From contig OZ024760.1 in the NCBI GenBank assembly GCA_964016885.1, positions 3,286,001 through 3,350,000 on the forward strand: 64,000 bases of DNA, in the 5' to 3' direction. Below are positions 44,801 to 57,353 of this stretch, piece by piece. The DNA comes from Eledone cirrhosa (lineage: Eukaryota). How positions within the stretch are numbered: position 1 is the first letter of the stretch; the number at the start of each line of letters is the position of its first letter. The notes below the pieces were generated by a model. That model was not told the DNA's origin. It worked only from the letters and a program-made list of their open reading frames with translations, and did no database searches. Both the position numbers and the translations under genes were made by a program.

Positions 44801-46833
44801 TTAGTACTGATGGTGGTATTGGTATTGTTAGTGCTGATGGTGTTATTGGTATTGTTAGTACTGATGGTGGTATTGGTATTGTTAGTACTGACGTTGATAT
44901 TGGTATCGTTAGTACTGATGGTGGTATTGGTATTCTTAGTACTGATGGTGGTATTGTTATTGTTAGTGCTGATGGTGGTATTGGTATTGTTAGTACTGAT
45001 GGTGGTGTTGGTATTGTTAGTACTGATGGTGGTATTGGGATTGTTAGTACTGATGGTGGTATTGGTAATGTGAGAGCTGATGGTGGTATTGCTATTGTTA
45101 GTGCTGATGGTGGTATTGGTATTGTTAGTACTGATGGTGGTATTGGTATTGTTAGTACTGATGGTGTTATTGGTATTGTTAGTGCTGATAGTGGTATTGG
45201 TATTGTTAGTGCTGGTGGTGGTACTGGTGTTGTTAGTGCTGATGGTGGTATTCGTATTCTTAGTACTGATGGTGGTATTGGTATTGTTAGTACTGATGGT
45301 GGTATTTTTATTGTTAGTACTGATGGTGGTATTGGTATTGTTAGTGGTGATGGTGTTATTGCTATTGTTAGTACTGATGGTGGTATTGGTATTGTTAGTA
45401 CTGATGGTGGTATTCTTAGTAGTGTTAGTACTGATGGTGTTATATGTATTGTTAGTACTGATGGTGGTATTGGTATTGTTAGTACTGATGGTGGTATTGG
45501 TATTGTTAGTGCTGATGGTGGTATTGGTATTGTTAGTGTTGATGGTGGTATTGGTATTGTTAGTACTGATGGTGGTATTGGTATTGTTAGTACTGATGGG
45601 GGTATTGGTATTGTTAGTGCTGATGGTGGTGTTGGTATTGTTAGTTCTGATGGTGGTATTGGTATTGTTAGTGTTGATGGTGGTATTGGTATTGTTAGTA
45701 CTGATGGTGGTATTGGTATTGTTAGTACTGATGGGGGTATTGGTATTGTTAGTACTGATGGGGGTATTAGTATTGTTAGTGCTGATGGTGGTGTTGGTAT
45801 TGTTAGTGCTGATGGTGTTGTTGGTATTGTTAGTTCTGATGGTGGTATTGGTATTGTTAGTGCTGATGGTGGTATTGGTATTGTTAGTGTTGATGGTGGT
45901 ATTGGTATTGTTAGTGCTGATGGTGGTATTGGTATTGTTAGTGTTGATGGTGTTATTAGTATTGTTAGTGGTGATGGTGGTATTGGTATTGTTAGTACTG
46001 ATGGTGGTATTGGTATTGTTAGTGCTGATGGTGGTATTGGTATTGTTAGTGTTGATGGTGGTATTGGTATTGTTAGTGCTGATGGTGGTATTGGTATTGT
46101 TAGTGCTGATGGTGCTGATGGTATTGTTAGTGCTGATGGTGGTATTGGTATTGTTAGTGGTGATGGTGGTATTGGTATTGTTAGTGTTGATGGTGTTATT
46201 GGTATTGTTAGTGGTGATGGTGGTATTGGTATTGTTAGTGGTGATGGTGGTATTGGTATTGTTAGTGCTGATGGTGTTATTGGTATTGTTAGTACTGATG
46301 GTGTTATTGGTATTGTTAGTACTGATGGTGGTATTGGTATTGTTAGTGGTGATGGTGGTATTGGTATTGTTAGTGGTGATGGTGTTATCGGTATTGTTAG
46401 TGCTGATGGTGGTATTGGTATTGTTAGTGGTGATGGTGGTATTGGTATTGTTAGTACTGATGGTGGTATTGGTATTGTTAGTGCTGATGGTGGTATTCGT
46501 ATTCTTAGTACTGATGGTGGTATTGGTATTGTTAGTACTGATGGTGGTATTGGGATTGTTAGTGGTGATGGTGGTATTGGTATTGTTAGTACTGATGGTG
46601 GTATTGGTATTGTTAGTACTGATGGTGGTATTGGTATTGTTAGTGGTGATGGTGGTATTGTTATTGTTAGTACTGGTGGTGGTATTGGTATTGTTAGTAC
46701 TGATGGTGGTATTGGTACTGTTAGTACTGTTGGTGGTATTGGTATTGTTAGTACTGATGGCGGTATTGGTGTTGTTAGTACTGATGGTGGTATTGGTATT
46801 GTTAGTACTGATGGTGGTATTGGTATTGTTAGT
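41810..46833. repeat. Duplication with offset 2703 then 2676 bp (~41810-44157 and ~44513-46833)
   Basis: ORF boundaries 42397/45073 and 42404/45080 differ by 2676. GACGTT at 42187 and 44890 differs by 2703 (one extra unit). AATGTGAGA, ATTTTTATT and CTTAGTAGTGTT recur in order. Confidence 0.87.
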
Positions 46834-49800
46834 ACTGATGATGGTATTGGTATTGTTAGTACTGATGGTGGTATTGGTATTGTTAGTACTGATGGTGGTA
46901 TTGGTATTGTTAGTGGCGATGGTGATATTGGTATTGTGAGAGCTGATGGTGGTATTGCTATTGTTAGTGCTGATAGTGGTATTGGTATTGTTAGTACTGA
47001 TGGTGGTATTGTTATTATTAGTACTGATGATGGTATTGGTATTGTTAGTACTGATGGTGGTATTGGTATTGTTAGTACTGATGGTGGTATTGGTATTGTT
47101 AGTACTGATGATGGTATTGGTATTGTTAGTACTGATGGTGGTATTGGTATTATTAGTACTGATGATGGTATTGGTATTGTTAGTACTGATGGCGGTATTG
47201 GTATTGTTAGTGCTGATGGTGGTATTCGTATTCTTAGTACTGATGGTGGTATTGGTATTGTTAGTACTGATGGTGGTATTGGGATTGTTAGTACTGATAG
47301 TGGTATTGGTATTGTGAGAGCTGATGGTGGTATTGCTATTGTTAGTGCTGATGGTGGTATTGGTATTGTTAGTACTGATGGTGGTATTGGTATTGTTAGT
47401 ACTGATGGTGTTATTGGTATTGTTAGTGCTGATGGTGGTATTGGTATTGTTAGTGCTGGTGGTGTTACTGGTGTTGTTAGGGCTGATGGTGGTATTGGTA
47501 TTGTTCGTACTGATGGTGGTATTGGCATTATTAGTACTGATGATGGTATTGGTATTGTTAGTACTGATGGTGGTATTGGTATTGTTAGTACTGATGGTGG
47601 TATTGATATTGTTAGTACTGATGATGGTATTGGTATTGTTAGTACTGATGGTGGTATTGGTATTGTTAGTGCTGATGGTGTTATTGGTATTGTTAGTACT
47701 GATGGTGGTATTGGTATTGTTAGTACTGACGTTGATATTGGTATCGTTAGTACTGATGGTGGTATTGGTATTCTTAGTACTGATGGTGGTATTGTTATTG
47801 TTAGTGCTGATGGTGGTATTGGTATTGTTAGTGCTGATGGTGGTGTTGGTATTGTTAGTACTGTTGGTGTTATTGGTATTGTTAGTGCTGATGGTGTTAT
47901 TGGTATTGTTAGTGCTGATGGTGTTATTGGTATTGTTAGTGCTGATGGTGTTATTGGTATTGTTAGTACTGATGGTGGTATTGGTATTGTTAGTTCTGAT
48001 GGTGGTATTGGTATTGTTAGTTCTGATGGTGGTATTGGTATTGTTAGTGCTGATGGTGGTATTGGTATTGTTAGTGTTGATGGTGTTATTGGTATTGTTA
48101 GTGGTGATGGGGGTATTAGTATTGTTAGTGCTGATGGTGGTGTTGGTATTGTTAGTGCTGATGGTGGTGTTGCTATTGTTAGTTCTGATGGTGGTATTGG
48201 TATTGTTAGTGCTGATGGGGGTATTAGTATTGTTAGTGCTGATGGTGGTGTTGGTATTGTTAGTGCTGATGGTGGTGTTGCTATTGTTAGTTCTGATGGT
48301 GGTATTGGTATTGTTAGTGCTGATGGTGGTATTGGTATTGTTAGTGTTGATGGTGGTATTGGTATTGTTAGTGCTGATGGTGGTATTGGTATTGTTAGTG
48401 TTGATGGTGTTATTAGTATTGTTAGTGGTGATGGTGGTATTGGTATTGTTAGTACTGATGGTGGTATTGGTATTGTTAGTGCTGATGGTGGTATTGGTAT
48501 TGTTAGTGGTGATGGTGGTATTGGTATTGTTAGTGCTGATGGTGTTATTGGTATTGTTAGTACTGATGGTGTTATTGGTATTGTTAGTACTGATGGTGGT
48601 ATTGGTATTGTTAGTGGTGATGCTGGTATTGGTATTGTTAGTGGTGATGGTGGTATTGGTATTGTTAGTACTGATGGTGGTATTGGAAATGTTAGTACAG
48701 GTGGTGGTATTGGTATTGTTAGTACTGATGGTGGTATTGGTACTGTTAGTACTGTTGGTGGTATTGGTATTGTTAGTACTGATGGTGGTATTGGTATTGT
48801 TAGTACTGATGGTGGTATTGGTATTGTTAGTACTGATGGTGGTATTGGTATTGTTAGTGGTGATGGTGGTATTGGTATTGTTAGTACTGATGGTGGTATT
48901 GGCATTGTTAGTACTGATGGTGGTATTGGTATTGTTAGTACTGATGGTGGTATTGGTATTGTTAGTGCTGATGGTGGTATTGGTATTGTTAGTGCTGATG
49001 GTGGTATTGGTATTGCTGATGGTGGTATTGGTATTGTTAGTACTGATGGTGGTATTGTTACTGTTAGTACTGATGGTAGTATTGGTATTGTTAGGCTGAT
49101 GGTGGTATTGGTATTGTTAGTGCTGATGGTCGTATTGGTATTGTTAGTACTGATGTTGGTATTGGTACTGTTAGTACTGATGGTGGTATTGGTATTGTTA
49201 GGCTGATGGTGGTATTGGTATTGTTAGTACTGATGGTGGTATTGGTATTGTTAGGCTGATGGTGGTATTGGTATTGTTAGTGCTGATGGTCGTATTGGTA
49301 TTGCTGATGTTGGTATTGGTATTGTTAGTACTGATGGTGGTATTGGTATTGTTAGTACTGATGGTAGTATTGGTATTGTTAGTGCTGATGGTGGTATTGG
49401 TATTGCTGATGGTGGTATTGGTATTGTTAGTACTGATAGTGCTATTTGTATTGTTAGTACTGATGATGGTATTGGTATTGTTAGTACTGATGGTGGTATT
49501 GGTATTGTTAGTACTGATGATGGTATTGGTATTGTTAGTACTGATGGTGGTATTGGTATTATTAGTACTGATGATGGTATTGGTATTGTTAGTCCTGATG
49601 GTGGTATTGGTATTGTTAGTACTGATGGTGGTATTGGTATTGTTAGTGCTGATGGTGTTATTGGTATTGTTAGTACTGATGGTGGTATTGGTATTGTTAG
49701 TACTGACGTTGATATTGGTATCGTTAGTACTGATGGTGGTATTGGTATTCTTAGTACTGATGGTGGTATTGGTATCGTTAGTGCTGATGGTGGTATTGGT

Positions 49801-50577
49801 ATTGTTAGTGCTGATGGTGGTATTCGTATTCTTAGTACTGATGGTGGTATTGGTATTGTTAGTACTGATGGTGGTATTGGGATTGTTAGTACTGATGGTG
49901 GTATTGGTATTGTGAGAGCTGATGGTGGTATTGGTATTGTTAGTGCTGATGGTGGTATTGGTATTGTTAGTGCTGATGGTGGTATTGGTATTGTTAGTAC
50001 TGATGGTGTTATTGGTATTGTTAGTGCTGATGGTGGTATTGGTATTGTTAGTGCTGGTGGTGGTACTGGTGTTGTTAGTGCTGATGGTGGTATTGGTATT
50101 GTTAGTGGTGATGGTGGTATTGGTATTGTTAGTGCTGATGGTGGTATTCGTATTCTTAGTACTGATGGTGGTATTGGTATTGTTAGTACTGATGGTGGTA
50201 TTGGTATTGTTAGTGGTGATGGTGGTATTGGTATTGTTAGTACTGATGGTGGTATTGGTATTGTTAGTACTGATGGTGGTATTTTTATTGTTAGTACTGA
50301 TGGTGGTATTGGTATTGTTAGTGGTGATGGTGTTATTGTTATTGTTAGTACTGATGGTGGTATTGGTATTGTTAGTACTGATGGTGGTATTCTTAGTAGT
50401 GTTAGTACTGATGCTGTTATATGTATTGTTAGTACTGATGGTGGTATTGGTATTGTTAGTACTGATGGTGGTATTGGTATTGTTAGTGCTGATGGTGGTA
50501 TTGGTATTGTTAGTGTTGATGGTGGTATTGGTATTGTTAGTACTGATGGTGGTATTGGTATTGTTAGTACTGATGGG

Positions 50578-53500
50578 GGTATTGGTATTGTTAGTGCTGA
50601 TGGTGGTGTTGGTATTGTTAGTTCTGATGGTGGTATTGGTATTGTTAGTGCTGATGGTGGTATTGGTATTGTTAGTACTGATGGTGGTATTGGTATTGTT
50701 AGTACTGATGGGGGTATTGGTATTGTTAGTGCTGATGGTGGTGTTGGTATTGTTAGTTCTGATGGTGGTATTGGTATTGTTAGTGCTGATGGTGGTATTG
50801 GTATTGTTAGTGTTGATGGTGGTATTGGTATTGTTAGTGCTGATGGTGGTATTGGTATTGTTAGTGTTGATGGTGTTATTGTTATTGTTAGTGGTGATGG
50901 TGGTATTGGTATTGTTAGTACTGATGGTGGTATTGGTATTGTTAGTGCTGATGGTGGTATTGGTATTGTTAGTGGTGATGGTGGTATTGGTATTGTTAGT
51001 ACTGATGGTGGTATTGGTATTGTTAGTAATGATGGTGGTATTGGTATTGTTAGTACTGATGGTGTTGTTGGTATTGTTAGTACTGATGGTAGTATTGGTA
51101 TTGTTAGTACTGATGGTGGTATTGGTATTGTTAGAACTGATGGTGGTATTGGTATTGTTAGTACTGATGGTGTTGTTGGTATTGTTAGTTCTGATGGTGG
51201 TATTGGTATTGTTAGTACTGATGGTGGTATTGGTATTGTTAGTACTGATGGTGGTATTGGTATTGTTAGTACTGATGGTGTTGTTGATTATTGCTAGTTC
51301 TGATGGTGGTATTGGTATTGTTAGTGGTGATGGTGGTATTGGTATTGTTAGTACTGATGGTGGTATTGGTATTGTTAGTGTTGATGGTGGTATTGGTATT
51401 GTTAGTGCTGATGGTGGTATTGGTATTGTTAGTGTTGATGGTGTTATTGGTATTGTTAATACTGATGGTGGTATTGGTATTGTTAGTGCTGATGGTGTTA
51501 TTGGTATTGTTAGTGCTGATGGTGGTATTGGTATTGTTAGTGCTGATGGTGGTATTGGTATTGTTAGTGTTGATGGTGGTATTGGTATTGTTAGTGCTGA
51601 TGGTGGTATTGGTATTGTTAGTGCTGATGGTGGTATTGTTAGTACTGATGGTGGTATTGGTATTGTTAGTGCTGATGGTGTTATTGGTATTGTTAGTGCT
51701 GATGGTGGTATTGGTATTGTTAGTGCTGATGGTGGTATTGGTATTGTTAGTACTGATGGTTGTATTGGTATTGTTAGTACTAGTGGTGGTATTGGTATTG
51801 TTAGTACTGATGGTGGTATTGGTATTGTTAGTGTTGATGGTGGTATTGGTATTGTTAGTACTGGTGGTGGTATTGGTATTGTTAGTGCTGATGGTGGTAT
51901 TGGTATTGTTAGTGCTGATGGTGGTATTGTTAGTACTGATGGTGGTATTGGTATCGTTAGTACTGATGGTGGTTTTGGTATTGTTAGTACTGATCGTGGT
52001 ATTGGTATTGTTAGTGGCAATGGTATAATTGGTATTGTTAGTGCTGATAGTGGTATTGGTATTGTTAGTGCTGATGGTGCTGATGGTGGTATTGGTATTG
52101 TTAGTGCTGATGGTGGTATTGGTATTGTTAGTACTGATGGTGGTATTGGTATTGTTAGTACTGATGGTGGTATTGGGATTGTTAGTACTGATGGTGGTAT
52201 TGGTATTGTGAGAGCTGATGGTGGTATTGCTATTGTTAGTGCTGATGGTGGTATTGGTATTGTTAGTGCTGATGGTGGTATTGGTATTGTTAGTACTGAT
52301 GGTGTTATTGGTATTGTTAGTGCTGATGGTGGTATTGGTATTGTTAGTGCTGGTGGTGGTACTGGTGTTGTTAGTGCTGATGGTGGTATTGGTATTGTTA
52401 GTGGTGATGGTGGTATTGGTATTGTTAGTGCTGATGGTGGTATTCGTATTCTTAGTACTGATGGTGGTATTGGTATTGTTAGTACTGATGGTGGTATTGG
52501 TATTGTTAGTGGTGATGGTGGTATTGGTATTGTTAGTACTGATGGTGGTATTGGTATTGTTAGTACTGATGGTGGTATTTTTATTGATAGTACTGATGGT
52601 GGTATTGGAATTGTTAGTACTGATGGTGGTATTCTTAGTAGTGTTAGTACTGATGCTGTTATATGTATTGTTAGTACTGATGGTGGTATTGGTATTGTTA
52701 GTACTGATGGTGGTATTGGTATTGTTAGTGCTGATGGTGGTATTGGTATTGTTAGTGTTGATGGTGGTATTGGTATTGTTAGTACTGATGGTGGTATTGG
52801 TATTGTTAGTACTGATGGGGGTATTGGTATTGTTAGTGCTGATGGTGGTGTTGGTATTGTTAGTTCTGATGGTGGTATTGGTATTGTTAGTGTTGATGGT
52901 GGTATTGGTACTGTTAGTGCTGATGGTGGTGTTGGTATTGTTAGTTCTGATGGTGGTATTGGTATTGTTAGTGCTGATGGTGGTATTGGTATTGTTAGTG
53001 TTGATGGTGGTATTGGTATTGTTAGTGCTGATGGTGGTATTGATATTGTTAGTGTTGATGGTGTTATTGGTATTGTTAGTGGTGATGGTGGTATTGGTAT
53101 TGTTAGTGCTGATGGTGGTGTTGGTATTGTTAGTTCTGATGGTGGTATTGGTATTGTTAGTGCTGATGGTGGTATTGGTATTGTTAGTACTGATGGTGGT
53201 ATTGGTATTGTTAGTACTGATGGGGGTATTGGTATTGTTAGTGCTGATGGTGGTGTTGGTATTGTTAGTTCTGATGGTGGTATTGGTATTGTTAGTGCTG
53301 ATGGTGGTATTGGTATTGTTAGTGTTGATGGTGGTATTGGTATTGTTAGTGCTGATGGTGGTATTGGTATTGTTAGTGTTGATGGTGTTATTGGTATTGT
53401 TAGTGGTGATGGTGGTATTGGTATTGTTAGTACTGATGGTGGTATTGGTATTGTTAGTGCTGATGGTGGTATTGGTATTGTTAGTGCTGATGGTGTTGTT

Positions 53501-56500
53501 GGTATTGTTAGTTCTGATGGTGGTATTGGTATTGTTAGTACTGATGGTGGTATTGGTATTGTTAGTGCTGATGGTGGTATTGGTATTGTTAGAACTGATG
53601 GTGGTATTGGTATTGTTAGTAGTGATGGTGTTGTTGGTATTGTTAGTACTGATGGTAGTATTGGTATTGTTAGTACTGATGGTGGTATTGGTATTGTTAG
53701 AACTGATGGTGGTATTGGTATTGTTAGTGCTGATGGTGGTATTGTTAGTACTGATGGTGGTATTGGTATCGTTAGTACTGATGGTGGTTTTGGTATTGTT
53801 AGTACTGATCGTGGTATTGGTATTGTTAGTGGCAATGGTATAATTGGTATTGTTAGTGCTGATAGTGGTATTGGTATTGTTAGTGCTGATGGTGCTGATG
53901 GTGGTATTGGTATTGTTAGTGCTGATGGTGGTATTGGTATTGTTAGTACTGATGGTGGTATTGGTATTGTTAGTGCTGATGGTGGTGTTGGTATTGTTAG
54001 TTCTGATGGTGGTATTGGTATTGTTAGTGCTGATGGTGGTATTGGTATTGTTAGTACTGATGGTGGTATTGGTATTGTTAGTACTGATGGGGGTATTGGT
54101 ATTGTTAGTGCTGATGGTGGTGTTGGTATTGTTAGTTCTGATGGTGGTATTGGTATTGTTAGTGCTGATGGTGGTATTGGTATTGTTAGTGTTGATGGTG
54201 GTATTGGTATTGTTAGTGCTGATGGTGGTATTGGTATTGTTAGTGTTGATGGTGTTATTGTTATTGTTAGTGGTGATGGTGGTATTGGTATTGTTAGTAC
54301 TGATGGTGGTATTGGTATTGTTAGTGCTGATGGTGGTATTGGTATTGTTAGTGGTGATGGTGGTATTGGTATTGTTAGTACTGATGGTGGTATTGGTATT
54401 GTTAGTAATGATGGTGGTATTGGTATTGTTAGTACTGATGGTGTTGTTGGTATTGTTAGTACTGATGGTAGTATTGGTATTGTTAGTACTGATGGTGGTA
54501 TTGGTATTGTTAGAACTGATGGTGGTATTGGTATTGTTAGTACTGATGGTGTTGTTGGTATTGTTAGTTCTGATGGTGGTATTGGTATTGTTAGTACTGA
54601 TGGTGGTATTGGTATTGTTAGTACTGATGGTGGTATTGGTATTGTTAGTACTGATGGTGTTGTTGATTATTGCTAGTTCTGATGGTGGTATTGGTATTGT
54701 TAGTGGTGATGGTGGTATTGGTATTGTTAGTACTGATGGTGGTATTGGTATTGTTAGTGTTGATGGTGGTATTGGTATTGTTAGTGCTGATGGTGGTATT
54801 GGTATTGTTAGTGTTGATGGTGTTATTGGTATTGTTAATACTGATGGTGGTATTGGTATTGTTAGTGCTGATGGTGTTATTGGTATTGTTAGTGCTGATG
54901 GTGGTATTGGTATTGTTAGTGCTGATGGTGGTATTGGTATTGTTAGTGTTGATGGTGGTATTGGTATTGTTAGTGCTGATGGTGGTATTGGTATTGTTAG
55001 TGCTGATGGTGGTATTGTTAGTACTGATGGTGGTATTGGTATTGTTAGTGCTGATGGTGTTATTGGTATTGTTAGTGCTGATGGTGGTATTGGTATTGTT
55101 AGTGCTGATGGTGGTATTGGTATTGTTAGTACTGATGGTTGTATTGGTATTGTTAGTACTAGTGGTGGTATTGGTATTGTTAGTACTGATGGTGGTATTG
55201 GTATTGTTAGTGTTGATGGTGGTATTGGTATTGTTAGTACTGGTGGTGGTATTGGTATTGTTAGTGCTGATGGTGGTATTGGTATTGTTAGTGCTGATGG
55301 TGGTATTGTTAGTACTGATGGTGGTATTGGTATCGTTAGTACTGATGGTGGTTTTGGTATTGTTAGTACTGATCGTGGTATTGGTATTGTTAGTGGCAAT
55401 GGTATAATTGGTATTGTTAGTGCTGATAGTGGTATTGGTATTGTTAGTGCTGATGGTGCTGATGGTGGTATTGGTATTGTTAGTGCTGATGGTGGTATTG
55501 GTATTGTTAGTACTGATGGTGGTATTGGTATTGTTAGTACTGATGGTGGTATTGGGATTGTTAGTACTGATGGTGGTATTGGTATTGTGAGAGCTGATGG
55601 TGGTATTGCTATTGTTAGTGCTGATGGTGGTATTGGTATTGTTAGTGCTGATGGTGGTATTGGTATTGTTAGTACTGATGGTGTTATTGGTATTGTTAGT
55701 GCTGATGGTGGTATTGGTATTGTTAGTGCTGGTGGTGGTACTGGTGTTGTTAGTGCTGATGGTGGTATTGGTATTGTTAGTGGTGATGGTGGTATTGGTA
55801 TTGTTAGTGCTGATGGTGGTATTCGTATTCTTAGTACTGATGGTGGTATTGGTATTGTTAGTACTGATGGTGGTATTGGTATTGTTAGTGGTGATGGTGG
55901 TATTGGTATTGTTAGTACTGATGGTGGTATTGGTATTGTTAGTACTGATGGTGGTATTTTTATTGTTAGTACTGATGGTGGTATTGGAATTGTTAGTACT
56001 GATGGTGGTATTCTTAGTAGTGTTAGTACTGATGCTGTTATATGTATTGTTAGTACTGATGGTGGTATTGGTATTGTTAGTACTGATGGTGGTATTGGTA
56101 TTGTTAGTGCTGATGGTGGTATTGGTATTGTTAGTGTTGATGGTGGTATTGGTATTGTTAGTACTGATGGTGGTATTGGTATTGTTAGTACTGATGGGGG
56201 TATTGGTATTGTTAGTGCTGATGGTGGTGTTGGTATTGTTAGTTCTGATGGTGGTATTGGTATTGTTAGTGTTGATGGTGGTATTGGTACTGTTAGTGCT
56301 GATGGTGGTGTTGGTATTGTTAGTTCTGATGGTGGTATTGGTATTGTTAGTGCTGATGGTGGTATTGGTATTGTTAGTGTTGATGGTGGTATTGGTATTG
56401 TTAGTGCTGATGGTGGTATTGATATTGTTAGTGTTGATGGTGTTATTGGTATTGTTAGTGGTGATGGTGGTATTGGTATTGTTAGTGCTGATGGTGGTGT

Positions 56501-57353
56501 TGGTATTGTTAGTTCTGATGGTGGTATTGGTATTGTTAGTGCTGATGGTGGTATTGGTATTGTTAGTACTGATGGTGGTATTGGTATTGTTAGTACTGAT
56601 GGGGGTATTGGTATTGTTAGTGCTGATGGTGGTGTTGGTATTGTTAGTTCTGATGGTGGTATTGGTATTGTTAGTGCTGATGGTGGTATTGGTATTGTTA
56701 GTGTTGATGGTGGTATTGGTATTGTTAGTGCTGATGGTGGTATTGGTATTGTTAGTGTTGATGGTGTTATTGGTATTGTTAGTGGTGATGGTGGTATTGG
56801 TATTGTTAGTACTGATGGTGGTATTGGTATTGTTAGTGCTGATGGTGGTATTGGTATTGTTAGTGCTGATGGTGTTGTTGGTATTGTTAGTTCTGATGGT
56901 GGTATTGGTATTGTTAGTACTGATGGTGGTATTGGTATTGTTAGTGCTGATGGTGGTATTGGTATTGTTAGAACTGATGGTGGTATTGGTATTGTTAGTA
57001 GTGATGGTGTTGTTGGTATTGTTAGTACTGATGGTAGTATTGGTATTGTTAGTACTGATGGTGGTATTGGTATTGTTAGAACTGATGGTGGTATTGGTAT
57101 TATTAGTGCTGATGGTGGTATTGTTAGTACTGATGGTGGTATTGGTATCGTTAGTACTGATGGTGGTTTTGGTATTGTTAGTACTGATCGTGGTATTGGT
57201 ATTGTTAGTGGCAATGGTATAATTGGTATTGTTAGTGCTGATAGTGGTATTGGTATTGTTAGTGCTGATGGTGCTGATGGTGGTATTGGTATTGTTAGTG
57301 CTGATGGTGGTATTGGTATTGTTAGTACTGATGGTGGTATTGGTATTGTTAGT
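50578..57353. repeat. Tandem duplication of a 3379-bp block (~50578-53974 and ~53957-57353)
   Basis: ORF pairs 51291/54670, 52029/55408, 52218/55597 and ends 51297/54676 differ by 3379. The +1 insertion GTTGTTGATTATTGCTAGT and the variants ACTAGTGGT and GGCAATGGTATAATT are shared. Confidence 0.92.

Noticed and set aside
32710-49260. TTAGG arthropod-type telomere motif in GTTAGGCT/GTTAGGATT variants
   Set aside because: Isolated single occurrences produced by a point change or deletion of GTTAGT, never in tandem.
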